This document shows positions 12,601 through 24,600 of a stretch of DNA of 64,000 nucleotides, piece after piece. Made by a program: the position numbers and the translations under genes. Within the stretch, counting starts at the first letter, position 1, and each line of letters opens with the position of its first letter. The notes below the pieces were generated by a model. The model ran no database searches. It saw only the letters and a list, made by a program, of their open reading frames with translations, and was not told where the DNA came from. Source of the DNA: Tubiluchus corallicola (lineage: Eukaryota > Animalia > Priapulida); contig JAQGDQ010000193.1 in assembly GCA_030141605.1 (NCBI GenBank), positions 248,001-312,000 of the forward strand, written 5' to 3'.

Positions 12601-15600
12601 CAATTATGTCGACAAATGGAAATATCATTAAACTGAAATTGAATTGTCACAGCGTGCATTTGGCTGCAAAGTTAAGCAGTGCTACATCTGATTAGCAAGT
12701 GGATGGATGATCAAACGGCAAAACTGTCTCTGGATGACTCTATCTAAAACACTCATACGGGTTCTTCTCTCACTAAGGGCACCTCCGCTGGTTCAGCATC
12801 TCATCTATCAGGTTATCATATATTTAAAAAATTTTGGTCTTGCGTGAAATTTAATTTTAATTCTGTCTTGTCAAAACCTTTCTATATATAGCAGAGAAAG
12901 GTAAAAGTAATTTATAAGCTATCACTATTTTTAAATTGCCATGGAATTAAATAACTACATACCCGAGTAATCCCACTTGACTCATGCACTTAGTTATTAA
13001 ACAATGAAATAACTACATACCCGGGTGATCCCACTTGACTCATTCACTTAGTTATTAAACAATGAAATAACTACATACCCGGGTGATCCCACTTGACTCA
13101 TTCACTTAGTTATTAAACAATGAAATAACTACATAACCGAGTAATCCCACTTGTTTCATTCACTTAGTTATTAAACAATGAAATAACTACATACCCGGGT
13201 AATCCCACTTGACTCATTCACTTAGTTATTAAACAATGAAATAACTACATAACCGAGTAATCCCACTTGACTCATTCACTTAGTTATTAAACAATGAAAT
13301 AACTACATACCCGGGTAATCCCACTTGACTCATTCACTTAGTTATTAAACAATGAAATAACTACATACCCGGGTGATCCCACTTGACTCATTCACTTAGT
13401 TATTAAACAATGAAATAACTACATACCCGGGTGATCCTACTTGACTCATGCACTTAGTTATTAAACAATGAAATAACTACATACCCGGGTAATCCCACTT
13501 GACTCATTCACTTAGTTATTAAACAATGAAATAACTACATACCCGGGTGATCCTACTTAACTCATGCACTTAGTTATTAAACAATTTTTGAACATTTTAA
13601 GTGCTTAGCTCGTATAAAAATGATTTTAACGATCAATTATGATCACCAAGTTTAATTGCTCTTTTACACTTGGATCCAAACTACATATTTACAGAACAGC
13701 AAGCAAATAAACATGAATTTATGTGATACGGTGCCTTCACGAGATTTCGGTTAACTTAGGCCTTAAAAATCATAGCAATCGAACAACGAAAGTGCTGAAG
13801 AAATTTGCATCCAACATTGAAGGCTGAGAAAAATAAATGCAAAGTTGACAAAAATACTCATTGTAAGCAAGTATCCTTACTTTGGCAAAAGCTTTCACCA
13901 CGTAGCCCAATACTTTGACTCTAATGTCCAAGTTCGAATACAAGCGTAGCATTCTTGTGTTGTGCTGTGCCTGCAAAATTCAGTAAACCAAATTACACTA
14001 AATAAGGAAGCTATGTAAAGCCCGTAGTACATACAGCACATTGTACAAAAGTAACTGTGCACAGTAAATTCAATATGTAATTGCATATTGTGTACAGTGC
14101 ACATATTGCTTATGAGGAGTCATACTGTGCTTTTCTTCAGCTGGGCCTCAGAGTTAAATCTATTAAAATGCAAAATAATGCTTGACATGAAGAATGTGAT
14201 AATTTTTCCTTGAATTTACAAATTCTGAAAATGCTGTCAAAAAGTGCCTTTACAATTTTATCTAACACACGTGTTATCACTCTTAATATTGTGACAAAAA
14301 AAATTAACTGTGCGTAGTCTGTGCATAGAGTGGTATACTAGCAGGCTCTTGCTTAGGAAAAAGATGAACTAGGTAAGGTTCAAGCTAGTTGTTAAAACTT
14401 TCACTATTACAATAGCTTGGGGTGCGAGAAGTTGTCAAGTGTACACAAACGCATTATCTGGTACAGTTAACCTTCGACCTTTTACGATCACCAGCAACCA
14501 TTCAGGAATGGTTTGTGGTTCTGCAGGTTGCACCTGCTCAACAGGCTGCCGCTCCCCATTTCTCCTTTCATTACAACAATGTAAAAAACATATAAGACAA
14601 AAGATAAAAGATATATAACATAGTTAAGTACGTAATAATTGTTACCAATTATTAATGCAAGACTGCACTTACCAAGAGATTGTACAGGCTAATGTCACCT
14701 TCTAAATTTGACTTTCGAAACTTGAACTTCACAATAGGCACTTTGGCTGTTGAGATGGCAGTGATGTTATACAAAGATTTGTTACCTTTCAAGTGTTTCG
14801 CTAAATCTTCAATTATTTCGGCATAGTTCAGTTTCTAAACGAAACATGAATTATAAGTTTTGGAGTATTATAATATTATATAAAATTATATTTTTACATA
14901 CAAACTTGAGCTGATTTTAACAGAATATTATAGTAAACCCACAATTACTTCATTAAAGGAACAAACGCATCAAGTTTGTCTGCGTATTAAGCTATGCTAT
15001 CAACAATCAATTCAAAAATTGAATAAAATAACCAAAAAATAATAATTTACTTATTTTTTTATTAATTTTTCCAGTCTACTAGTAATATTGTTTTCATAAT
15101 TTAAAGAATTATAAACGTGAATATAAACAAAATATAAATTTATTAATAAAATGCTCCAGAGCTTACTATCACTATAGGCAACTATAGTGTAATTTCAAAT
15201 TACGTAGCCATTTAGAAAACTAAATCCAATCAAAATCGGTTGACAATAAATATACTGTATAAATTTTACATGCTGCTTAAATGAATACAGATTTGCTATA
15301 TATTTTTGAGTATCAGTATAGATACATTTGAGACCTCATGGGGATGTCACTCAGCAGCTGCTAAGAATCTAAAATATAAAAACTTAATATTAATCACGGA
15401 TTGTAGCTGAATGAGTACTTTTGGTTCATTCAACTATATTTGTTAGTAGTTTCTAATAATTTAAAAGATAGAATATACTCACTTCGCCAGTGTCATCGCC
15501 TAATGTCATACAGATGTCCATGTCACTGTGGAGAAAACCAAATCCATTCACGGATGATCCAAACAGCGTCAACTTCGCATCTAAAAAGTGATAGTGCATT

Positions 15601-18600
15601 TGATTACAGTAACACGAAATTACCAGGTTTTATTTATGTCATAACAAACAAAACATGCAGGAGAAAGAGCTTTGAAAATTGCTTGAAGATACAAATTTTG
15701 ATGTGAATTTATAACTAATGACAAATGATAAATATGTGATCGTGGGCATATTAAATTTCTATGACTAGTTAAAGCCATTTCACCTTCTATATATGTTGTT
15801 TTCATTCAAAATGGCACTCAAGTTCATCAGCTACAGAAACGCGCCATTTTGTGATTTCAGATAGATTGTTGAACGTAGATGTAAAAAAAGGCAGCAGAAC
15901 AAAACAAGTATTTTGGTCAGTTAATCTTGCAGGTTTAAGCTTGATAGGTAATATGACAGCTCACAAGTAGTGTGTATAGCGTACACAGTGTGCAATTGTT
16001 ACATACTGTTCTTACTGTGCACACTTACTTTTGTGCAATGTGCTCAATGTACTGTGTGTTTCACATATCTTCCTGTACTATACATATTCTCCCGCTCTTA
16101 TACAATTTAGTGATTTTTGCTTTACTGAATTTTGCAGGCACAGTACAACACAGAATGCTAAGCTTGTATTTGAATTTAGACATTCCAGTCAAAGCATTGG
16201 GCTACATGGTGAAAGCTTTTGACAAAGTAAGAATAGTTGCTTACAATTCAAATACCAAAAAAATCAGAAAACTTTTCTCTCTCTAGAACTTGTATGTGCT
16301 AGTTAAGCATTAAGAGCATGTACCTTTATTTGCTTTCCGTATGTATGATTCCAGCTCCTGCAGGCTTTTAATTCGTTCTTTAACTTCAGAGGACGACGGG
16401 CGGTAGTATTCTGAAACAAAGTACGCATGTTAGTTAAGGCAAACATATGCAAGTATGCATTTCACCACCTCAAAGTTCTTGTTTTCTTCATTAAACTTAT
16501 TAGCCTTACCAACAATAGTTATCAATCTGTGAATATGATATCGTGAATTTTTCAAATATACTAAAACATTTGCAGATTTCCCTTTCCAAACTGGCTAAAA
16601 TCTGGTAAATATGATAACCAATGATGATACGAAATCTAAATCTTACCATAGATGTCGTAACAGACTGCCGTCAAGTCTTTCCTGTAGGACTGCGGAAGTG
16701 GAGGCAATGGCTCCAGTTCTGGCAAGACATCATCAGGACAGTCCTGGAGTTGAAAAAAAACACCAATCAAAAATATAGCAAACTGATTCCGAATGAACTT
16801 AATATCAATTAGTTCTACAATTTATACTTAACCTGCTGAATTTTACATAAATCAGAGTTAAATTTGTAATGTGCCGGCAAATTTTTAAAGCACAATTGCA
16901 TTAATGTAATCTGCCAAATCTCAGTGTAAACACAGAGCTTCGGTTACAACGCTGAACTAAATGTCAACTTTTTTCTTTTTTCCTTTTCAAAGAAATGAGC
17001 GACCAAGTTTGCAGAACACTATAAAATCAGTTGCAAATTTGCTACGACCAGTTTACTAGACTATCAAGAAATTCACTTTTCAAGTTTTCAAATCACTCAA
17101 ACTGATTAAAAATTGTTGTTGAAAACAATACCAAACTATACATGGCATGATATGTGGTACATCATACCTGCTTCAGATGACCAAGTTTCTGGCACATGGC
17201 ACACACAATATCAGGTTCCTACAATAAAATGAAATAACAGTCAAGTAAAATTGCACCGTCATCAGTTTCAAACCTTTCAAAGTCTAGGTATCAAGTACAC
17301 TTTAAAATGGCATTTTAAAATCACCTTGTAGTGCATACAACAAGCACAGAATAATTAGCAGCTATTTTTGAAGAACAACAATATTGAGTCAAATAAAATA
17401 CGACTAAATGAATATGTGCGTGTGTTCAAACTTGGTTTCACTTGCTTAATTCAGCCATCAGAACTTCACATACCATATGTGCTTTATCGATAATTTTAAA
17501 CTTAATTAAAATTTTGTTTCATACAATTTATTAAGTTGAATAAATTATGCACGACAGCAAGATGTTAGTTTGTGTTTAATTTCAATTTTGCATCAGTGGT
17601 GCATGGCAAAAAACACTCAAGCTTGATTTTACATATTGCATTGTTACATATTACGTATTTACATATTACATATTTACATATTACATACATAAGTATTGTC
17701 CAATTATGGAAGCTTGGTATACATCTATTTAGTATAAATAAAACTTGGTATAACGTACACAGCTATCAGCTTCACATATGAAGGTACTGAGTGGCTAAAA
17801 ATATATCAGAATTTCATTGGCGTTTGTAAAATTATAACACCTGTGTTTGCTGCCCCGAAATCTTGGCAATTTCAGATAAACAAAGCCAAAGTTAAACACA
17901 AAGCAGATTCAATTCAGCTTAACAGAATAACTGAGTCTACTCGAACTATGTATGCTTAATATTAGAAGCTAATTAATCCTAACAACTTGAAAATAAGAAA
18001 CGTAAAAAATATATTGCTGCAGTTTTATTTAAAATGACATACGGCTGCAAGTAGTGCAATTACACACTTGCATTGTTTTTTCAAGTCGTCCCTAGATGGC
18101 AGACAAAAATTGCTCAGTCACCATAGCAACGCCAACTTTAGCAAGCAATGCGCATTCTGGCAGTGTGTTGTTCGAAGCTACAGCACGACAATGTACATAG
18201 CGCCTGCGTGTCACAAACACCATGACAACCTATTGTTCCAGCTTGGCTGTGGCTTGCTGTTGAGTGAAATTTTACACATTTTTTTTACAAATATCATTAG
18301 CGCACAAGTTTATGTCCTACATTTGCATAAATAATATATTCCGGTTGGCATGCCATAAAAAATGCCTTATTTACTGAACAAAACAGTATAAAACACTTAA
18401 TAAGTTTACTGAAAATGCATAAAACCCAAAAATGATCTTGACATAAAAATGTGATCATTACAAAGTTTAAGAACCCCCTCTTGATAGATCCGTTGGCTGT
18501 TTTTACCTGCAAATTCTCATTGTAACAAAATTAACAAAGTGTCACAAACACCATGGTAATCTATTGTTCCAGCTAGGCTGTGGCTTGCTCCTGAGTGAAA

Positions 18601-21600
18601 TTTCACGCATTTTTTTTACAAATGTCATTAGCGTACAAAAAGATGATTGTGTAAAAAGTGAAATTTCTCAATGGCTAGTAAGTTAATCAGGCACAACAAT
18701 GAAACTTGTAATTGCACTATTTGCAATCTCATGAAATTGTTCAAAACTCAACATCACAGCCACAAACCCGGATTCAACTTTCATATTGTAGCTTCATTGT
18801 GTTACATTTTGGAAAGTAATTTTGACAATAATTGATGAAATTTCATACCTGGCCGTCTGTAAGTATGTCTGCATCAAACACAAATGTCAGGTCAGTGACT
18901 GTTAAGTTATCAACCAGTTCTTTCCTGTAAATCCTGTCGACACGATTCCTGCTTGCCTTTACAGGTGCAACAACTTTTTCCGACTTATCACCTCTAGTGG
19001 CAATGTCCATGATGGTCACAAGACCTTTAAAGGTGCTCTTGCCAGAGTCGCTCTTCTGCAGCTTTCTGACAGACACCAACGAGTCAACTTCATATTTATT
19101 GATTCCAACTTCAAAGGGACGGATCAGCGTAGCAAAGTCCCGCACAGTGCACACTTCAAAGTAGCTAAATTCTCGTACGAGACAAACAAAGGAGTTGAGC
19201 AGTGGCAACGCATCGTCGCCCGGATTTTGAAGTTCTTCCCGAAGGACTAACACAGCTAAGGAAACATACTTGGCCAGCTCAAGCAAGTTGATTTTCTTAC
19301 ACATCCATACACGGCCATCCCCCTTATGGAAATACGAAGAGAGTTTAACACGATCCACCGGCGTGAGACGAGCAACAAATTCTAGCAGATGCATGGCCAG
19401 CTCAATAGGAATGTGATATGTTTCGTCAAACTCCTCCTTCTGAACTTCGGCAAAATAAGAAGAGTGTTGAAAATGCTTGTCCATTTCTAACTTGTCCTGT
19501 AAAGCTTCAGGAGTTTGGAAACCAATCCGGGGCAGAGAAATAGAATTAGCTATGGGTTCACTCAGAGGTGTAACAGTTAAAACGAACTGATCATGAACAT
19601 CGTCATACTGAAACACGCCAAATGTTCGCTTTCTGAAAGACAGCACTGTTTCAACATCCAATGGTGATATGTTCATGGACATATCCGAGTCGAAATAAAA
19701 TTTCCAGTAGCAAAGATAGTCCATGAGCTTCACAACGTTGTGACCTTGAGAAGTTGACTCGGCCACAAATGAACGTCTGATGAGCTTTTCTTGAGGATTG
19801 TTCCACCTTGTGCGCGGTTCTATACGTATTATCAGCAAACAAATTGTGAGCAAACGAGCTACCTCGGACTTGTGCTCACGTTTTAACCGGCGGCGAAACC
19901 GGTCGAAATACACGCTGAGAGTGCTGTGATCGATGAAACACGTAAATGAGGATAACCACTGCAGCATGTAACGTGCCAGGTGGGACGGCACATGCAACGT
20001 AGTGCCGTCATGCTGCGGCACACTAGCAAACATAAGCGTGGTTCCAAACAACTGTTCCTGCCGCAAGTCACTGAGAAAATTCCGTTTACTCGTATACTGA
20101 ATGGAGCTAGTTTTCTTTGTCCAAGTCATTTCCTTGGACATCAGCACCACTGCTTCGCTTCCAGTTGGAACTTTTACAATATGATTATTACTTTTCGTAG
20201 GTCTGTCCTGTACCGTCTGTTCCCGACTGTTATCGACCAATTCAGAATCTAATCCATCGGATTTTGTCTCTTCATTTTCTTTATAAAAATCATCAAAAAG
20301 CTCCACTGGGAATGGAGGAATGTCAGTGCCAGATGAATCAACCACCTCTGACTTATTCATTTTAACACTGCTTGTGAGATCAGTTGCATCTTCTAACACT
20401 AAAGGTTGTGCGTTCGTATTATCATCAACACTATCTAATTCCACATCATCCGCTTGATCAGTATCAACAGTGCTGTCTACTAGAAGGCTGAGATCAAAAT
20501 CAGGGATACGGGATGACGAACTGGCGCTCTGACATTCGTACAACTCATTGATTTTACCTTCTTCAACTACAGAATTGTCCACGAAGCTCGAATGCAGTAC
20601 GTCAACATCCTCACCACCAAAGAATGTTACGGGAGTGCCACTTGCAACAAGCTCAGGAGCTTCCTCACTCATATTTCTCTCGTAACTGTCCATTTTTGCT
20701 GCAGCATCAAATTCGTTTAATGTAGCAGGTGCAGACACACTATGAAAATCGTTACTTGTTTCATCAAGTCCAACGTCAGGTAACTCGACGGTCTCAGGCA
20801 TTTCCTGCTTATAGTCAGTAATACCAAACTGAGTATCCAGTGTATTTGCTTGCTTGCAAGAGCTCTCATTAAAATTTGGACTAGTGCTGTAGAATTTGTC
20901 TAGAGCACATACTATGTTATCTTTGTCTGACAGTAGCACGTGTTGTTCACTGAGTTTTTTATCAGCCTCAAAGTCATCTGAAAGACACGGGCTAGCAGCT
21001 GTACATGTCTGCTGTTTTTCAACATTACTATCGAGATCTAGCAATTTGGTAGTAAATGCATGATCAAGAGAATAACTACTATGTACATCCTTGCCTACAC
21101 TTTCATGTTTTTCACAAGCTGTATTGCTACTTGTGCTTTGTGTACCATCTGTGTATTCGCTACCATAATGACCATACCACACATTGTCGGAGAAAAAGTC
21201 AATATGTTCTTTTGAAGAAGGATTAGTTAAAAAGTTTCTCCGACTGTCCTGAACTTGACACAAAAAACTGTCAAAACTGAAGCTTCTGCTTTGTGACTGA
21301 TCACTGATATGTTTAACAGGTGAGCCAGCTTCTAGTTTGGCACTGCCACAAACGTCCGACACAGCGATAATAGCCTGGTCATCCAAAGACAAATCAGGAT
21401 TGCGTTCAATGGAGTCGGACAATCGTGTGCTTGTGCGAGGCAAAGGCAGAGCAGCAGAACCTTTTTGTAAGCTAATTCCATTGTCTTCAGCCTTCTTTAA
21501 TCTGGTTTCACTACTTTTCACAACACTTCCGTTATCTACAAGAACCAATCACATAAATCACCAAACTTTTATTTCTATACAGTTATTTTAACAGTCTTTA

Positions 21601-24600
21601 CAAGCTCCAATCCAGCAATCAACAGTAAGACATTGGTAATGTAGATGACGGATGTGAAATGCGAATCTAGTTTACTATTTAACTCCTTCAGAACCGTAAG
21701 CATTTGCTGCATTTTGCATGGGTTCATCAAAAACTGCTCTCACTAAGCAACAATTACATTATATTTGATAATTTTTTCTACTCCTTACACAATGGGCTTT
21801 CATGCAAAATTATATGCATTTGCTTACTTTAGATATACTAAAAATCAATTTTTGACGAAAAAACTGAACAAAGCTTTCAACATCAGTAGTGTTTGCACCG
21901 TAAAAATGTACAGTATTACTTGTGTGAAATCAGCTAATGAGGAAAATTTCAACTATCTAGACAAAACAATCTGATACACTTTGGCCTCAAGTTTACCTGT
22001 CTTTAAGGAGATATTCCTGTTTAAAGATGAGGCAACCTTAATGTTCTTGGCAATTGGGTTGGTTTTTCCCAGAACTCTGCACAGCAGACAGTTCTCTTGG
22101 GCTGTAGCAAGCAGGTGATCAGTAAAGTAGTGTATACAATCAAGCAAGCGTATACCAGACTAAGTTAATTGTTTGGTTAAGTTGGAGGGCCTGAAAGAGA
22201 CGTGTTCTTAATTTTATCCAACAAAATCACATACAAATGCTTAAACAAATAGTGTGGTCGGATAGCCGAGTTTCTCCTGAAAAAAACAGTACGTAATTTG
22301 TAATCATTTAGTCATGTTTGTGCTCATACTTTAGCAGGAGTCGTAGGTCTTATAAGACTTATTTTGAGTGGTGCGGTCCTGAAGGAGTCAAAAGTTAATC
22401 CTCTTGGATAAGATTAGCAGAGAACTGCTAATTACTACCTAAGGTAACTAGCTGCTTGGATGCAGTTTTCCTAATGGTCAATCATTCATTTACTAACAGA
22501 GCTCGGTGGAGCTAAACTTCCGTAACCAACTATGACCACTCTTTGCTAAAATGCCATGTTACTTAATAAACAATCTATAACATATCTGCAGACCCTGCAA
22601 TTAAGTTTATCAACTACTAATAAAATCTGCAAATATCAGTTGTCTAAAACAACTTTTATGTGCACAAAAAGCTTACAAAACAATTCAATCAGAACACTGC
22701 AAAGTTGCAAATCGATCACACGCATTTAAAAAAATTACCAGAACTCTGCATCTTGTGCAAGTCTTTACGTAAATCAGTTAACAAGCTATCACGTTGTACT
22801 TCGCTTTCAATGCGGGTGAACAAGGGTCCAGTCCTTGTCTGTGGCACAGCGAAATATTTGTAAGCGGAGCGAAACCGATCGACTATGTACTCGTGCACTT
22901 TTTGTGAGCTGATGGTTCGAGAAAGTTTCCGTTTCCGATAACTTGGATCTGAAAAAAAAACAGGATACAAACAAACTGAAAGCAAAAGGAAAGATGCGAT
23001 GCACACACTATACAAGCAAGTAAAATGGTTATATACAGCCTTTTCTTTCAAGTCAATAATGCTGGCAATCAAAAGAAAATGCTGGGTTTGTTCAAGTTGG
23101 ATTAATAATTTAAGTTCAATATTCAATTGACAATGGTGTGAAACACCAAGTTTTTCTGACACATGGTTGGACGGCCACACATGTACAGTCTACATTGAGT
23201 ATAAGAGAAAGCTGACATTCTGGTTACCATAACAACTTGGTGTTGTCAATAGGTTTTTATTCCAAAACAAAACCGCACAATTACGTTCTACAATTGTCCA
23301 CGTTGACGACTGAATTACCCATGGAATGCATTAAAAAATGTAATTCTTTCACAGAAAACAACCTTCTATTGACAGCCGCTTCTGAGACCACTTCTTGTCT
23401 TCTAGCCGGATGTGCTGCAAATGCCGGATGCAGATAACATATTCTGTAATTGTGTACTCGACTGCATAGAACTTAAGCATCTTGACCCACAATTCTCCAG
23501 ATGACATTGTATTTTTTGACTTCCAACTCTGCAACTGAAAATACGTTTCTATGATCAACAATAATCGTTTTCTAAAACTTTTTATCAGACAAACAATCAA
23601 CTCGTGCACTACCGCTGTAGCACATACTTACCAAAACACAAAAACATGGACTGGTTTTAAGCATACAAGGGATGCCACACCTTTATATACTTTACATTTT
23701 GTAAACTACCAAGGCAAAATAATTATATGAACACTTTTTCATCTCTCTCTACTCATAACAACATTTGCATGAGTACTAAACGACACTTCATCCAGCTGCT
23801 TAAAATGAACTACACCAATTCACATATAAACGTTTACCAATTCCTCATTCCAAAGAGTTGAATCGTCCTCCTCTACAAGATCATTATCATTTGCTCCTGA
23901 AGTGACGTCCATTTCCAGAGATTCATCGAGAGCTTCGTCATCATCATCTACAGTTGAATCTGCTACAGACTGATCAGCTTCCGCCTCACTTTCACTTTCA
24001 TTACGTTGCCTGTCCTTGTTTGCCAGCTTCCGTTCTTTGTTGGCATTGTGACTCTCAGCCCTTAGCTGCAAAGTCAATCGTTTTTAAAGAAAAAATAATG
24101 ATTTACCAAACTGTGTCAATATCCACAAGACAAAGTGGTGTTTAAAAAACATAAAGTTCTTAGGTAAATACTTTAAATCCACACATTTAAATTTTGAAGT
24201 TTCAGCAAGCTGCTCGCAAGTTTGTAACAACCATTTGTGCTCACACATCGCTCGTTCCAGTACTATAATCTAGCAGTATTCTTTGCTTTCAAATGTCAGA
24301 TGATACAAATTTAACATTATATTGTTTACAGTTATTTTCCCCACATCCCAAGTGTATTAAATTACAATTATTACAATAGCCATCTTACCTCATGCAATAC
24401 AGGTAAAACAGGTGGTTGGACTTGTTGTAGGAAGTAGATGACCATCAAAGTGAAAGCATGTGGAGGTAAAGTGCCACGGTGTTGCTTGTCTATGCCACAA
24501 AGCTAAACAATGAAAGTATTTGAATCTAGAGTTGTGAGAAAAATTGAAAGACTTTGATTTCTTACACAATGCAGCGGCAATAAGTTGCATAAACAAGTTT

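Noticed and set aside
12949-13585. CRISPR array
   Set aside because: Units are contiguous with no unique spacers, there are no cas genes, and the context is a eukaryotic intron; it is a minisatellite.
15972-16286. Independent + strand gene (104-aa ORF with TUTase-like text)
   Set aside because: It is the inverted exon duplicate with a 1-nt deletion, and no partner exons exist on the + strand.
21953-22147. Extra TUTase exon (64-aa minus ORF)
   Set aside because: No acceptor in the required phase without a stop, and exon 22739 joins 21535 in frame directly; cannot be supported.
22520-22560. 28S rRNA fragment (aactatgac..ctctt..aaatgcc resemblance)
   Set aside because: Similarity is short and gapped and does not extend on either side.
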